A stretch of 64,000 bases of DNA, from assembly GCA_964016885.1 (NCBI GenBank), contig OZ024756.1, positions 41,788,001 to 41,852,000 on the forward strand, given 5' to 3'. Positions within the stretch are counted from its first letter, which is position 1. The number at the start of each line of letters is the position of its first letter. The stretch comes from Eledone cirrhosa. Its lineage: Eukaryota. Positions 39,194 to 52,983 of this stretch are shown piece by piece. The position numbers and the translations under genes were made by a program. The notes beneath the pieces are model-generated. The model had not been told where the DNA came from. It made no database searches and saw nothing but the letters and a program-made list of their open reading frames with translations.

Positions 39194-40591
39194 GAATCCT
39201 AAGATTTACTATGTAAACAAGTGATTAAATCTTAGCCTGGAAATATGTTATTATACACACGTGTGACATGTTTTTAAAAGGTTATTTAATGGCGACCCCA
39301 GTCAATTACTGGCCATATGTCTAAAGTAGAAATCCTTATATATGTGAGTGTGTAAAAGGGTGGTAGATTGGTAATAGAATCAGTAGAGCGTCGGACAACA
39401 TGCTTTGGGTATATAGTTACGTCCCTTTATGTTCTGAGTTCAAATCTCGTCGAGTTTGAGATCGATAAAACAAAATTAGCAATCAAGTACTGGGGTCGAT
39501 CAAACCTATATTTTCCTCCCCTCAATCACCCACTCCTCCCAATCCTGTATACATAAACCAGAAATAATGTTTTTCTAAAGTTTATATTACGAGGGCGGAT
39601 GTTGTTGATATGTAATATGTTGTTTAAATTATATAAACATATAAAATAAACAAAATAAGCAATATGGTAATGAGGATGTTTTTTATATTATACTTCATTT
39701 GAGGAGAGTGACGATCTCTAGTTTATAAGGACCTGTAACTCTTGATGGAGTCCCAGGACACTTCAGATTTTTGGGGAGTGCCCCCTCATACACAAAAAAT
39801 TAGAATACACAACACGCACCCCCAATTTTACAAATCAAAGTTAGCTTGGCGCAGAAAAGACACAATGACAGATTACAGAAGTGACAAACATTAACAAACT
39901 CCAATCAAAACTAAACAGAAAACATGAGTGGAATAGCAACAACATTACATCTAGTTATTAAGGACAAGATAAAGAACATACAGATACACACCAGAACTAA
40001 ACTAATAAAACAAACCAGACACAGATAGAACAAGCAACCAACTGGTGACAAGTAAATAAATATAACCCTCCCAAAGTATAACCAATATCTGTTTCAACAC
40101 ACGTTTTCGGATATCTTGCAAAACAAATGCAGAAATAAATATATTTACATGAAAGTTCAAATATTTTTTAATATATATATATTAGTAAATTTTACAGATT
40201 TTCGTTGTTTGTTTTATATATAAAAAAAAAATAAAATAGAGAGAAAACAGTTAAAAGACGAAGAAAGTAAGAAAAGAAAGAAAAGAAAAAGTCTCCAGAG
40301 TAGGTAAATGTTTGATTCTATTTACATAAAAGGGTTCAATACTTTAAGATAATTTTATGTGACATTTGAAATAATGTTTGATAGTCTTTTCACAAGATTG
40401 TTTCATGTTTTTCACTGATTGGTCTAGTTTTGTGTTGTAGTTCCAAGTGTTGATATAATCTCTCAACCACAGAGGTTCAGTTTCTTCATCTCAGCTGATG
40501 TCTCAGATTCAAAGGAAATTATTAACAGAATAGAGGTTACAAAAAAAAAACTCTCCAAAATGGAACCGAAAGTAACCCCACCCCATCATTG

Positions 40592-40622
<31 letters not shown>

Positions 40623-40640
40623 ATGTGTGTATATATATAT

Positions 40641-41256
40641 AACATCTGTAGTTTTGACAGATGTAAGACTAGAGCATCTGTAGTAACACTATCATAACAT
40701 CTGTAGTATTGACAGATGTAAGACTATTATAATATCTGTAGTATTGACAGATGTAAGACTATTATAACATCTCTAGTATTGACAGATGTAACACTATCAT
40801 AACATCTGTAGTATTGACAGATGTAAGACTATTATAACATCTGTAGTATTGACAGATGTAAGACTATTATAACATCTGTAGTATTGACAGATGTAAGACT
40901 AAAACATCTGTAGTATTGACAGATGTAAGACTATCATAACATCTGTAGTATTGACAGATGTAAGACTATAACATCTGTAGTATTGACGGATGTAAGACTA
41001 TCATAAACTCTGTAGTATTGACAGATGTAAGACTATCATAACATCTGTAGTATTGATAGATGTAACACTATCATAACATCTGTAGTATTGACAGATGTAA
41101 GACTATCATAACATCTGTAGTATTGACAGATGTAACACTATAACATCTGTAGTATTGACAGATGTAAGACTATCATAACATCTGTAGTATTGACAGATGT
41201 AACACTATCATAACATCTGTAGTATTGACAGATGTAAGACTATTATAACATCTGTC
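40641..41256. repeat. 35-bp minisatellite with internal hairpin (acatctgt-agtattg-acagatgt), ~17 copies
   Basis: Direct inspection. Confidence 0.95.
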
Positions 41257-41563
41257 AAGCTATAGTAACACTGGTTAATGTAATTGTTTAACCCTAGGTT
41301 CCACAGACCTATGATCAAAGACTTCCTGGCTTTGAACCTCCAAACCTTTTCTCTTCAGAAAGACTGTATTTAAGACCCCTGATCCAATGTGTTCCTACAT
41401 TTTAAAGACAGTTCAGTGTGATTTGATGAAGATATTGCTGCTATTATGTTTCTACAATAGCAGTAATTACTTTAGGGGCTGATCAAACCAGACTGGTAAT
41501 TTGTTTGGGATGTACTTAGGGACTGGTAGCAGTAATTACTTAGGGGCTGGTAACAGTAATTAC

Positions 41564-41641
41564 TTAGGGGCTGATCAAACCAGTCTGATAATTTGTTTGT
41601 GACAGAATTGTACTTGATTCTATTTCCATTTGCTTCAGTTT
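41564..41641 (-). CDS. CCDC66: CCDC66-like terminal coding exon (KLKQMEIESSTILSQTNYQTGLISP*)
   Basis: tttttcag acceptor, phase 0, TAA at 41566-41564; KQxExESS matches the CCDC66 C-terminus. Confidence 0.7.
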   Translation of the reverse strand, partial: KLKQMEIESSTILSQTNYQTGLISP

Positions 41642-42800
41642 CTGAAAAATAAGAGAGAAAAATCAGATACAGATTAATGTTATTCAAGCACACACACAAA
41701 TACACACACACACATGCACACACACACACACATGCACACACACACACACATGCGCACACACATGCACAAATACATACACATTTCCAAAAATTCTTTCTGG
41801 CGCATTCTGAATATCTTTAAATAGCCTTTTTTGCTGCCAACCCACCCATGACTACCCCTCCTTCTAAGATAACCAACTTTATTTTAAAATATTTATATTG
41901 AAACTTAAATCTTCCATCATAGTTTTATGTAAGAAACTCTTGTTTATATACAATATATTCTAAAAACTTTTTTTTAAAAAAGTAATTTTTCTAAATTACT
42001 CCAAATTTTTGATTATTTTCCCCCAACAAAAATTAATTAATTAATTAAAATAGTTCAAATTCTGCTGAGGTTAGCTTTGCCTTTCATCATTACAGGAGGG
42101 TCAATAAAATAAAGTACCAGTAACATACTGGGGTTGATTTAATCAACTTTCTCCTCCCCCCAAAAATTGTTGGCCTTGTGTCTTAATCATCATCATCGTT
42201 TAACATCCATTTTCCACGCTAACATGGGCTGGACGGGCTGACCCTTTGGGAGAGATCAGGACAGAGGCCCCTGTTTCATTCTCACAGAAACCAAAATTAA
42301 TTAAGACACGAAGGCAATGTATTTCACCAGAAATGTAGTCAAAAAAAGGTTAAAACATAAAAAAGTATGGAGACTTCTTGTCCTTTTTTGTTTTTCAAGT
42401 CGTAATAAAAGAGATGAGAGGGAATGGGTGGTAACAAAAAATCTAAACTTAAATGAATAAATGTTGAAACTTGAAACCAGGAAACCTATAAATTCTTGCT
42501 GTGATATAAAATCATAAAATATTGGTGTGAAATTACTAAAATATCATACAATCCCAGTGTAATACTAGTTTGGTTACACAGTCATTCTAAAATTCTGTTT
42601 CTTCTGGTTATGTTAGCTACTATTAGTTTTGGCCATAGTTTGAATCTCTTGTGTCCAAAACATGACTATGACGATGATAATGATGATGATAATAATAATG
42701 ATGATGATAAGGATTATGATGATGATGAAATGACAATGATGATGATGATATTAATGAGTTTTATCTAAAATTGAAAACATGAAGACATATATTTACAAAC

Positions 42801-42887
42801 CTTTTTTAGTGCAGACAACTGTTTCAAAAAGGCTTCTCGATTTGTTGTTGATGAGAGTGGCTCAACAGACTTATTCTCTTGAAAGTC
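42801..42887 (-). CDS. CCDC66: CCDC66-like penultimate exon (DFQENKSVEPLSSTTNREAFLKQLSALKK)
   Basis: 87 nt, phase 0/0; ILKGLSELR-like C-terminal helix. Confidence 0.75.
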
Positions 42888-43634
42888 CTACAATACAAGA
42901 GACAGTTTTAAAACAGATGTTTTAATCTTTATATAGTCTTACAATTCAAGAGATAGTATCAGCAATGGAAAGATCAATAGAAACAGTGTTTCATTGGTCA
43001 GATCTAATGATCAGGTCCTTTCTTCTGTCAGTTGTGACCAACATAAGAACAACAATGGAAAGACCAATGGAAACATTGTTTTGTTGGTCAGATCTGATGA
43101 TCAGCTCCTTTCTTCCACCAGGAGATGCAACTAGTAGATAATATCAGCAATGGAAAGACCAAGGAAACCTTGTTTCATTGGTCCTATTTGACAAGTTCCA
43201 CCAGACGTGGTAAGCAAATGTGATTTGGGATCTTGTCAACTGTTCCTTATTATTATAGTCCTGTGCATTGGGAGGACTACATTTCAAATTTCAAATTTGT
43301 TCTCAATGCTTCTTAAGTCAACTGGATGTTTACACTTCTCACTACACCATAAGACTGTTTTGCTTATATTAATCCTTTGTAAACATATTACAGTCTGTCT
43401 CGGTAGCTTTAGTCATTTGATTGTACCATAAAAACTTAAATGGTTATATTAACCTTGTGTTGAGGGGGGGGGTCTATATAATGGGTGGGGGTTGGGATGG
43501 GGTGGTGGAGGGGATTTAATAGAGAATAGGTACCAGTACGTACCGTTATTTAACTTCTGTTGTAATGGCTCTACATACAAAAGAAACATTGCCAGCCAGC
43601 CCACACATACACAGACATAATTGCAAACATACAT

Positions 43635-43675
<41 letters not shown>

Positions 43676-44723
43676 CATGTACATTATTTGTAGACATACA
43701 TACATATATACACATATATATATATGATACACATATAAGAGCATACACAACAGAGAAAACAAAGCTATTTCAATGGCCCCTTTTGTTAAATCTTCTTTTA
43801 AGGCCCAGAATATTCAAAGAAAAAACAACAACAGTGTGGGGGAGGGGGTGCTGGTGGGGCTGGGAGAATGGTTGGGGTTGGGGGGGGACAGAAACCTCTA
43901 TTTGGTTATATTAAAACTAATTACAGAGGAGGAGGGGGAGAGGAATGGTAGGAGGGGGGGGGGGGGGTGTATGTATGTGTATCTGAGGAGGTGTGTGTGT
44001 CTCAGTGTGTATGTATGTGTATCTGAGGAGGTGTGTGTGACTCAGTGTGTATGTATGTGTATCTGAGGAGGTGTGTATGTATGTATATGAGGAGGTGTGT
44101 GTGTCTCAGTGTGTATGTATGCTAATATGTATTTTCCTGTTATGAATTCCATTGAAGAAATAGAACAAGCCTCTATAAACCTACCCTACCCACCCCCACC
44201 CCTACCCACCCCACCCTTACACACCCCGCCCTCCAAACCCCAACCCCACCTTAGATCAAAGGAATGAAATATTGGGGGAGGGTCATTGACATTTCTTATT
44301 TAAATCCTTTCAGAATTCCTAACACCAAAACCCTTCCTCTCCTTTATAGAGATGTACCAAAAACTGATAGTGTCATAGCCACAGTGATAGTATAGTGGTC
44401 CCTACAGTGGTAGTGTTGTGGTGGTGGTAGTGGTGGTGGTGGTGGTGGTGGTAGTGGTGGCGGTGGTGGTGATGGTAGTAGAAATGGTGTGAGTGGCTAC
44501 ACCCCCACCTCACATACACCTTGTATACATTAATCCACCCTACACACGCATACATACACACAGGCGCATGCAGAGACACATATACACACAAACACACACA
44601 TACATACTGATAAACCCATACAAACAAACACACACACAGATACAGGCACACACATATACACACACAAATACAGACACAGACACACCCACAGCTGAAGAGT
44701 ATTGAGTACATCACATCACCTAC

Positions 44724-45052
44724 CTGTGTTTTTGAAGATCTGCGAAGGTCAGTAGGCTGATCTGTATAATGTGGGGTAGGGTTGCCACAGTTCGCTGGAT
44801 CGTTGCCCTTGCGGTACCTGTCTCGGCCTCGCAACACCGATGAATGTTCACGGGAGATGGGCAATGGGCTGACAGCATTGGCAGGGTCCAGCACTTCTGA
44901 CGTACGAGTGAACGGTATAAATTCTCCTTCCCTCACAGGTTCTTGCAATGGAGTGTTGTCTGAATACATTTTGGCTTTCAACAGTGACTTTGGTTGTTGG
45001 GGAACACGTTTATAGTTGTCGTAATCAAATTTGTTAACTTCAATATTTGATT
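44724..45052 (-). CDS. CCDC66: CCDC66-like exon (…GEFIPFTRTSEVLDPANAVSPLPISRE…)
   Basis: Phase 1/0; FIPxxRTxExxxLDP-like C-terminal motif of CCDC66. Confidence 0.88.
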
Positions 45053-45116
45053 CTGTGGAAGGATTGGATTAAGTTTATAAAAAATATGGAATGTGATTAA
45101 AGAAACAAGGAAAAGT

Positions 45117-45343
45117 TTAACCTTTTCATGACCACATTTCTAATGAAATACACTCTATTATAATTAATTAATGAAGACTTTTGAGGGATTTCCTAAAATT
45201 ATTAATTATTTCATTACTAATGTAAGGTTCTTATATAAAATTATGTTGGAAGATTTTAATTTAAATTCAAAACCTTTAAAATGGATGGTTTTATTTCATA
45301 GAACCAGAGCAGGTTTTGACCGGGCTGGTAACTAAAGGGTTAA
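45117..45343. mobile_element. Second TTAA-flanked MITE family (TTAACCTTTT…AAAGGGTTAA)
   Basis: TTAA/CCYTTT termini; related ends at ~17950 and 51758-52330. Confidence 0.55.
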
Positions 45344-45664
45344 AATCCTGTTCTGATTGAGTTTCCTTAACTCTAACTCTACTTTTGACAAAGGGATTTT
45401 AACCTGAAATATGAAGGGCCAATTCAACATCTCCATGGTAACATACTAACAACTTTATTATCGTTATTTTTAACATTTAATGTCACATTTACAGTACTGT
45501 AGCCCCTTGTAACATTCCAACATGTTGATGATGATGATAATAGCAATGATGATGGTGATGATGATAACGATGATGATGATAATGATGATGATGATGATGA
45601 TGTTGATGGTGATGATGCTCTCATATAACAGTTGACACACACACACACACACACAAACACACAA

Positions 45665-45695
<31 letters not shown>

Positions 45696-46423
45696 AAAAC
45701 AACTGTAAAACCTAAAACAAAATAAACCCCAAACCTCCCAAACATTCACACAAAAGCTCGGTACCAATTGCAGATATTTTCTTCTTCACAAGATGTTGTT
45801 GTAGCCTTTATGGGAAAGAGAACTGCCCTATTTTGAAAAGCAGTCACATCCTGTACATCTTTTGGAGGGTCAGAGTGTGGGGGTGGGGGTTGGAGGATGG
45901 GGGCAGTGGGGGGGATAGAATGTCAACAACATATGTAAGCATGCAGACCGGTCCAACCCATGCTGACATAGCAACAGCAAAACGGATGTAAGACATGAAA
46001 AAAAGTGACAAAAGTAATTAAGTAGAAAAAACTTGGCATTTGTTTCAAACTAACCAAATAAATATGTCCACAAAACAGTAAATTTTTACCATTTAAAACA
46101 AAAAAACACACGACATGTCTTCTATCACGTAATATATTAGTTTGTTTTGTTTTTTTTAATAAACAAACATTCTTAAAAAAATATTTAAAAAATAAAATAA
46201 ACAAACAGAGACATAGATATGCACAAACAATTTAAACTAAAGACTTGAATAATTTAAGATATAAACATCATCATCATCGTTTAACATCTACTTTCCACGC
46301 TAGCAACAGTTAGACAGGTTGTCCCATTGGAGACAAGTTGGGTCAGGTGACCTTGTTTTGCTCATATAGAACTGTTTCTAGTTAGGTTTCTATGGCTGGA
46401 TGCCCTTTCTAACACCAACCACA

Positions 46424-49136
46424 TTTACAGTGCGAGCTGGGTGCTTTTTGTTGTGACACCTACACGACCACTTTACAGTGTGTACTGGGTACTTTTTGTC
46501 ATGATACCTACACGACCACTTTACAGTGGTGTGTACTGGGTACTTTTTGTCATGATACCTACACGACCACTTTACAGTGTGTATTGGGTACTTTTTGTCA
46601 TAATACCTACACAACCACTTTACAGTGTGTACTGGGTACTTTTTGTCATGATACCTACACGACCACTTTACAGTGTGTACTGGGTACTTTTTGTCATGAT
46701 ACCTACACGACCACTTTACAGTGTGTATTGGGTACTTTTTGTCATGATACCTACACGACCACTTTACAGTGGTGTGTACTGGGTACTTTTTGTCATGATA
46801 CCTACACGACCACTTTACAGTGTGTATTGGGTACTTTTTGTCATAATACCTACACAACCACTTTACAGTGTGTACTGGGTACTTTTTGTCATGATACCTA
46901 CACGACCACTTTACAGTGTGTACTGGGTACTTTTTGTCATGATACCTACACGACCACTTTACAGTGTGTACTGGGTACTTTTTGTCATGATACCTACACG
47001 ACCACTTTACAGTGTGTACTGGGTACTTTTTGTCATGACACCTATACAACCACTTTACAGTGTGGACTTGGTACTTTTTGTCATGATACCTACACGACCA
47101 CTCTACAGTGTGTACTGGGTACTTTTTGTCATGATACCTACACGACCACTTTACAGTGTGGACTGGGTACTTTTTGTCATGATACCTACACGACCACTTT
47201 ACAGTGTGTACTGGGTACTTTTTGTCATGACACCTATACAACCACTTTACAGTGTGGACTGGGTACTTTTTGTCATGATACCTACACGACCACTTTACAG
47301 TGTGTACTGGGTACTTTTTGTCATGATACCTACACGACCACTTTACAGTGTGTACTGGGTACTTTTTGTCATGATACCTACACGACCACTTTACAGTGTG
47401 TACTGGGTACTTTTTGTCATGACACCTATACAACCACTTTACAGTGTGGACTTGGTACTTTTTGTCATGATACCTACACGACCACTCTACAGTGTGTACT
47501 GGGTACTTTTTGTCATGATACCTACACGACCACTTTACAGTGTGGACTGGGTACTTTTTGTCATGATACCTACACGACCACTTTACAGTGTGTACTGGGT
47601 ACTTTTTGTCATGACACCTATACAACCACTTTACAGTGTGGACTGGGTACTTTTTGTCATGATACCTACACGACCACTTTACAGTGTGTACTGGGTACTT
47701 TTTGTCATGATACCTACACGACCACTTTACAGTGTGGACTGGGTACTTTTTGTCATGATACCTACACGACCACTTTACAGTGTGTACTGGGTACTTTTTG
47801 TCATGACACCTATACAACCACTTTACAGTGTGGACTGGGTACTTTTTGTCATGATACCTACACGACCACTTTACAGTGTGTACTGGGTACTTTTTGTCAT
47901 GATACCTACACGACCACTTTACAGTGGTGTGTACTGGGTACTTTTTGTCATGATACCTACACGACCACTTTACAGTGTGTACTGGGTACTTTTTGTCATG
48001 ACACCTATACAACCACTTTACAGTGTGGACTGGGTACTTTTTGTCATGATACCTACACGACCACTTTACAGTGTGTACTGGGTACTTTTTGTCATGACAC
48101 CTATACAACCACTTTACAGTGTGTACTGGGTACTTTTTGTCATGATACCTACACGACCACTTTACAGTGTGTACTGGGTACTTTTTGTCATGATACCTAC
48201 ACGACCACTTTACAGTGTGTACTGGGTACTTTTTGTCATGACACCTATACAACCACTTTACAGTGTGTACTGGGTACTTTTTGTCATGATACCTACACGA
48301 CCACTTTACAGTGGTGTGTACTGGGTACTTTTTGTCATGATACCTACACGACCACTTTACAGTGTGTACTGGGTACTTTTTGTCATGATACCTACACGAC
48401 CACTTTACAGTGTGTACTGGGTACTTTTTGTCATGATACCTACACGACCACTTTACAGTGGTGTGTACTGGGTACTTTTTGTCATGATACCTACACGACC
48501 ACTTTACAGTGTGTACTGGGTACTTTTTGTCATGACACCTATACAACCACTTTACAGTGTGGACTGGGTACTTTTTGTCATGATACCTACACGACCACTT
48601 TACAGTGTGTACTGGGTACTTTTTGTCATGATACCTACACGACCACTTTACAGTGTGGACTGGGTACTTTTTGTCATGATACCTACACGACCACTTTACA
48701 GTGTGTACTGGGTACTTTTTGTCATGATACCTACACGACCACTCTACAGTGTGTACTGGGTACTTTTTGTCATGATACCTACACGACCACTTTACAGTGT
48801 GTACTGGGTACTTTTTGTCATGATACCTACACGACCACTTTACAGTGTGTACTAGGTACTTTTTGTCATGATACCTACACGACCACTCTACAGTGTGTAC
48901 TGGGTACTTTTTGTCATGATACCTACACGACCACTTTACAGTGTGTACTGGGTACTTTTTGTCATGATACCTACACGACCACTTTACAGTGTGTACTGGG
49001 TACTTTTTGTCATGATACCTACACGACCACTTTACAGTGTGTACTGGGTACTTTTTGTCATGATACCTACACGACCACTTTACAGTGTGTACTGGGTACT
49101 TTTTGTCATGATACCTACACGACCACTCTACAGTGG
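46424..49136. repeat. 48-bp minisatellite (~56 copies) grown out of a family-2 RTE 3'UTR
   Basis: Array begins inside the element at 46267-46480; the unit matches tttacagtgtggactgggtgcttttt…cacctacacg in other copies. Confidence 0.95.
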
Positions 49137-49193
49137 TTAAACATGTGTAAAATGCAAACAATAATAGTCATAAATTTAGTGGAAAAGACTTAC

Positions 49194-50099
49194 TTAGTTT
49201 GGTATTTTGTTTGTTAGCTTGCAATTTCCTATTAACTGCTGGTACAGGAGGAGAACTATGGTGTCTCGAAAATCTGGATGTTGTCTTTTTCTGAAAAACA
49301 TTTTTTGGTGATGATGATGGAGTGGCTTTTGCTGTTCTCGATGTTGATGTTGTTGTTGCTGCTATTGTCGCTGTTGTTGTTGTTCTGGACGTCTTTGATG
49401 AAGGTGGCTGTGCTAAGTTGTTTCTTAATCTTGACACAGGAGGGGATGTCGCTCTGTTCAATCTACCACCGGTAGTAACCAGGTTTTGGGAGGATTTGCT
49501 AGAAGACTGTCCAAGAGCATTTGAAGTGTTGTAATCTGCCAGCTGATCCATGTTACCATTTGTCCCCCAGCTCGGAACTTGAGCCTTTCTTGTGGTCTCT
49601 TTCATAGTTCTCAGCTGAGCAAGATTTCTCACATTTTTCTTCGGTCTTTCTTGAATTAGGGGTAACTGAGCGGAAGATTTCAATGTTTTGGGTCCAGTGA
49701 CATTCTGGTGTCCCTGCAGTTTTCTATTTGTAGATTTGATGGGCCTCATTCTCTCCTGCTGATAACTATGTTTTATTTCAGCAGAGGCAACAAACACACC
49801 ACCACCACCATCATCATCATCATCGTCTTCATCATAATCATAATCATCATCAACATCAACATTATACAAGTACTCTCTTTCTATGTCAGTCATGTGGTAA
49901 AGACTCTTCCGTTCTCCTCCATAAACACCGTCAGTTTGAGATGCACTGTTGAGAAACATCTTTTGAGGCTGTGTCATTGGAAGCTGTTCAGGAATTGATT
50001 TGGGGAATATCCGTGGACTGGGTTTCTCATCTAATATTGATGTTGTCGATGACAACTGCTCTAGGTCATAATTTGACTGTGGTGAGAAGTTTAAGCTGC
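49194..50099 (-). CDS. CCDC66: CCDC66-like large low-complexity exon (906 nt; two SPPV(S/P) motifs, poly-Asp)
   Basis: Long open frame, phase 1/1, tag/gtaagt boundaries. Confidence 0.85.
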
Positions 50100-50279
50100 C
50101 TATAAGACAAGATTAAAAATAATAATAATAATATCAACAACATTGATAAAAACCATAATAATAATAATAATGGTTTCTTATTTAGGCAGAAGGCCAACAA
50201 TTTTGGGTGAGGGAAAAGTAGATTAAATCGACCCCAGAGCGTTATTTATTTTGAGAACAATACCTTAACATCAGTATGA

Positions 50280-50790
50280 GCAAGTTACAGCCAGTTTGAT
50301 CAAAAAGAGGTGACAGATTCTGGCCAGATATGGCCAGTTTGAACAGAAAGAGGTGAGAGAATTCTGGTGAGATATGGTCAGTTTGAACAGAAAGAAGTGA
50401 GAGAATTCTGGCCAGATATGGCCAGTTTGAACAGAAAGAAGTGAGAGAATTATGGCCAGTTTGAACAGAAAGAAGTGAGAGAATTCTGGTGAGATACGGT
50501 CAGTTTGAACAGAAAGAAGTGAGAGAATTCTGGTGAGATACGGTCAGTTTGAACAGAAAGAAGTGAGAGAATTATGGCCAGATATGGCCAGTTTGAACAG
50601 AAAGAAGTGAGAGAATTATGGCCAGTTTGAACAGAAAGAAGTGAGAGAATTATGGCCAGTTTGAACAGAAAGAAGTGAGAGAATTATGGCCAGTTTGAAC
50701 AGAAAGAAGTGAGAGAATTATGGTGAGATACGGTCAGTTTGAACAGAAAGAAGTGAGAGAATTCTGGCCAGATACGGCCAGTTTAAATGT
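50280..50790. repeat. 34/45-bp tandem array from the subterminal region of the piggyBac MITE
   Basis: Unit gtttgaacagaaaga[a/g]gtgagagaattctggccagatatggcca is present once in the 15541 and ~20090 copies. Confidence 0.85.
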
Positions 50791-50830
50791 TAAAGGCTTA
50801 AACATATTTGAATATGTCTCCAATACTCAC

Positions 50831-50975
50831 TGTCAAAGTCCTTCTTCAGCTGACTCGTATCATGTCCATTCCTCTCCAGATGTTGCAGTCTTCTCAGCTT
50901 TTTCTCTTTAATTGCTGCCTCTCGTGCCAGTTCAATATTGGCTGCCAGTTGCAGGAAATGTATTTCCTGGGCTTC
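50831..50975 (-). CDS. CCDC66: CCDC66-like exon (…ELAREAAIKEKKLRRLQHLERNGHDTSQL…)
   Basis: Phase 0/1; GHDTSxL motif matches CCDC66 (from memory). Confidence 0.88.
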
Positions 50976-51097
50976 CTGTAATTGAAATAAGGAATTATTA
51001 TAGCAGACTTATCATTAAGACGTTCCAGCCATGATCATCCTATTGTTACTTCAGTTACAGCGGAGTATTTAGGATGACTGCCTTACTGGACAGACTG

Positions 51098-51420
51098 TGT
51101 TGTGTAAACATATCAGGTGTATATGTGTAATGTGTAAACACATCATGTTTAAACACATCGTGTGTAAACACATCATGTTTAAACACATTAGGTGTAAACA
51201 CATCATGTTTAAACACATTAGGTGTAAACACATCGTGTTTAAACACATTAGGTGTAAACACATTGTGCGTAAATACATTGTGTGAACACATTAGGTGTAA
51301 ACATATCGTGTTTAAACACATTAGGTGTAAACACATTAGGTGTAAACACATTAGGTGTAAACACATCAGGTGTAAACACATCATGTGTAAATACATCGTG
51401 TGAACACATTAAGTGTAAAT
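51098..51420. repeat. 15-bp minisatellite (aaacacat[t/c]aggtgt)
   Basis: Direct inspection. Confidence 0.85.
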
Positions 51421-51434
51421 ATTTATAAACTCAC

Positions 51435-51596
51435 CCTCTTCTTCTTTTCTAACTGTATCTCTCTTTCATGGAACTGCCGTAATTTCTTCTGCTCTTCCAA
51501 CATCTTTTTCTCAGCATCAGCATCTTCCAGTTGTTTCTGTTTCCATTTAAATTCTTTTGCTTTCTGTTGCTCATCAATCTGTGCCTTTAGCTCCAG
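51435..51596 (-). CDS. CCDC66: CCDC66-like coiled-coil exon (LELKAQIDEQQKAKELKWKQKQLEDADAEKKMLEEQKKLRQFHEREIQLEKKKR)
   Basis: 162 nt, phase 0/0, cag/gtgagt; AQIDE coiled-coil block. Confidence 0.88.
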
Positions 51597-52802
51597 CTGG
51601 GATCATAATATGAGAAGTACGATCACTATATCTATAGAAGTTGTCCCACAACTTTCTCTAGACACAGCCATTACTTTAACTATAGAACTGGTCCCACAAC
51701 TTTCTCTAGACACAGTCTCACTTATTCCTCACCTCTGCAACTTAATTTTAATCTATCTTAACCCTTTCATTATCATATCTATAACGAAATACCCTGCCTA
51801 TGATATGGAAGGGTTTTAGATAACTATAAACACTTTAACCTTTTGATATCATATTTATAATGAAACACACTGCCCACGATTAACATTGTGATGGAAGGTT
51901 TTTAGATAGATTTAAAAACTTAAACCTTTTTACCATTTTTCAAATGAAAGACACTGCCATAGATTTTCAAAAATGATTAAATGATCAAGAATTTGGTGGG
52001 ATTTAGTAATATAACAGACTTTCTCATTATTTAGTTGATGTTTAAAACATAAAAAAAAGGTTTTTACATAAAATTATGATGGAAGGTTTTTAAATAAATA
52101 TAAACACTTTAACTCTTTTGTTACTATATTTCTAATGAAGTACACAGCTTATGTTGTTTAACCCTATTGTTACCATATTTCTAATGAAGTACACAGCCTA
52201 TGTTGTTTAACCCTATTGTTACTATATTTCTAATGAAGTACACAGCCTATGTTGTTTAACCCTATTGTTACCATATTTCTAATGAAGTACACAGCCTATG
52301 TTGTTTAACTCTTTTGTTACCACAGTTCTAATGAAAGTCGTACTTCATGTACGATGATTTATGGAGATGAGAGTAAGTTGTGTCAGGGCAAATAACTCTC
52401 AGTGCGCCGGGTAGAATGTCATTTCGAGTATGTTTTTTTTTCAGGGAGATAACTCCTTTTGTAAACTTCTGGTTTTCAACGTAAGAGTGAGTACGGGCAA
52501 AATATACATATATAGACACTGGCACAAACACACACACAAATACACAGACAGACACATTCAAATACACAGACAGACACATTCAAATACACACACAGTATAA
52601 CACACACGTTCAGTTATACACATACACTCCCAAACGACCCCAACAAACACACACACACACTTACACATGCCTGCAGGCGCACACAAACACACTCATACAT
52701 ACATACACAGACTCACATATACAGATACATTCATGTACACACCCTCACAGCTCATACATAGACACACTAACTCAAACACAATACAGTCCAGACACAACTT
52801 AC

Positions 52803-52893
52803 CATCAGCCCCTGGTTTTTGCGTTTTTTCTGTTCTAGTTGTTGTTGTGAGACGGGGTCTGCATGGATGGTTAGTGCCCCACGCAAGTGTGCT
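52803..52893 (-). CDS. CCDC66: CCDC66-like exon, start of conserved CCDC66 domain (AHLRGALTIHADPVSQQQLEQKKRKNQGLM)
   Basis: Phase 2/0; aligns by eye with the FLR…DP…ERDRRRQK block of CCDC66. Confidence 0.85.
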
Positions 52894-52983
52894 CTACATG
52901 GCAATATAGAAATATAAGAAAATATTAACTTCCATTGGGGTTTATGTAAAAATGTTTTAATTTTATATTTGGATTATAGCAAG

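Noticed and set aside
40641-41256. CRISPR-like appearance of palindromic 35-bp repeats
   Set aside because: No unique spacers, no cas genes, eukaryotic context
46390-49217. 800-920-aa ORFs on both strands
   Set aside because: Translations of a stop-free 48-bp minisatellite in an intron, derived from a retroelement 3'UTR
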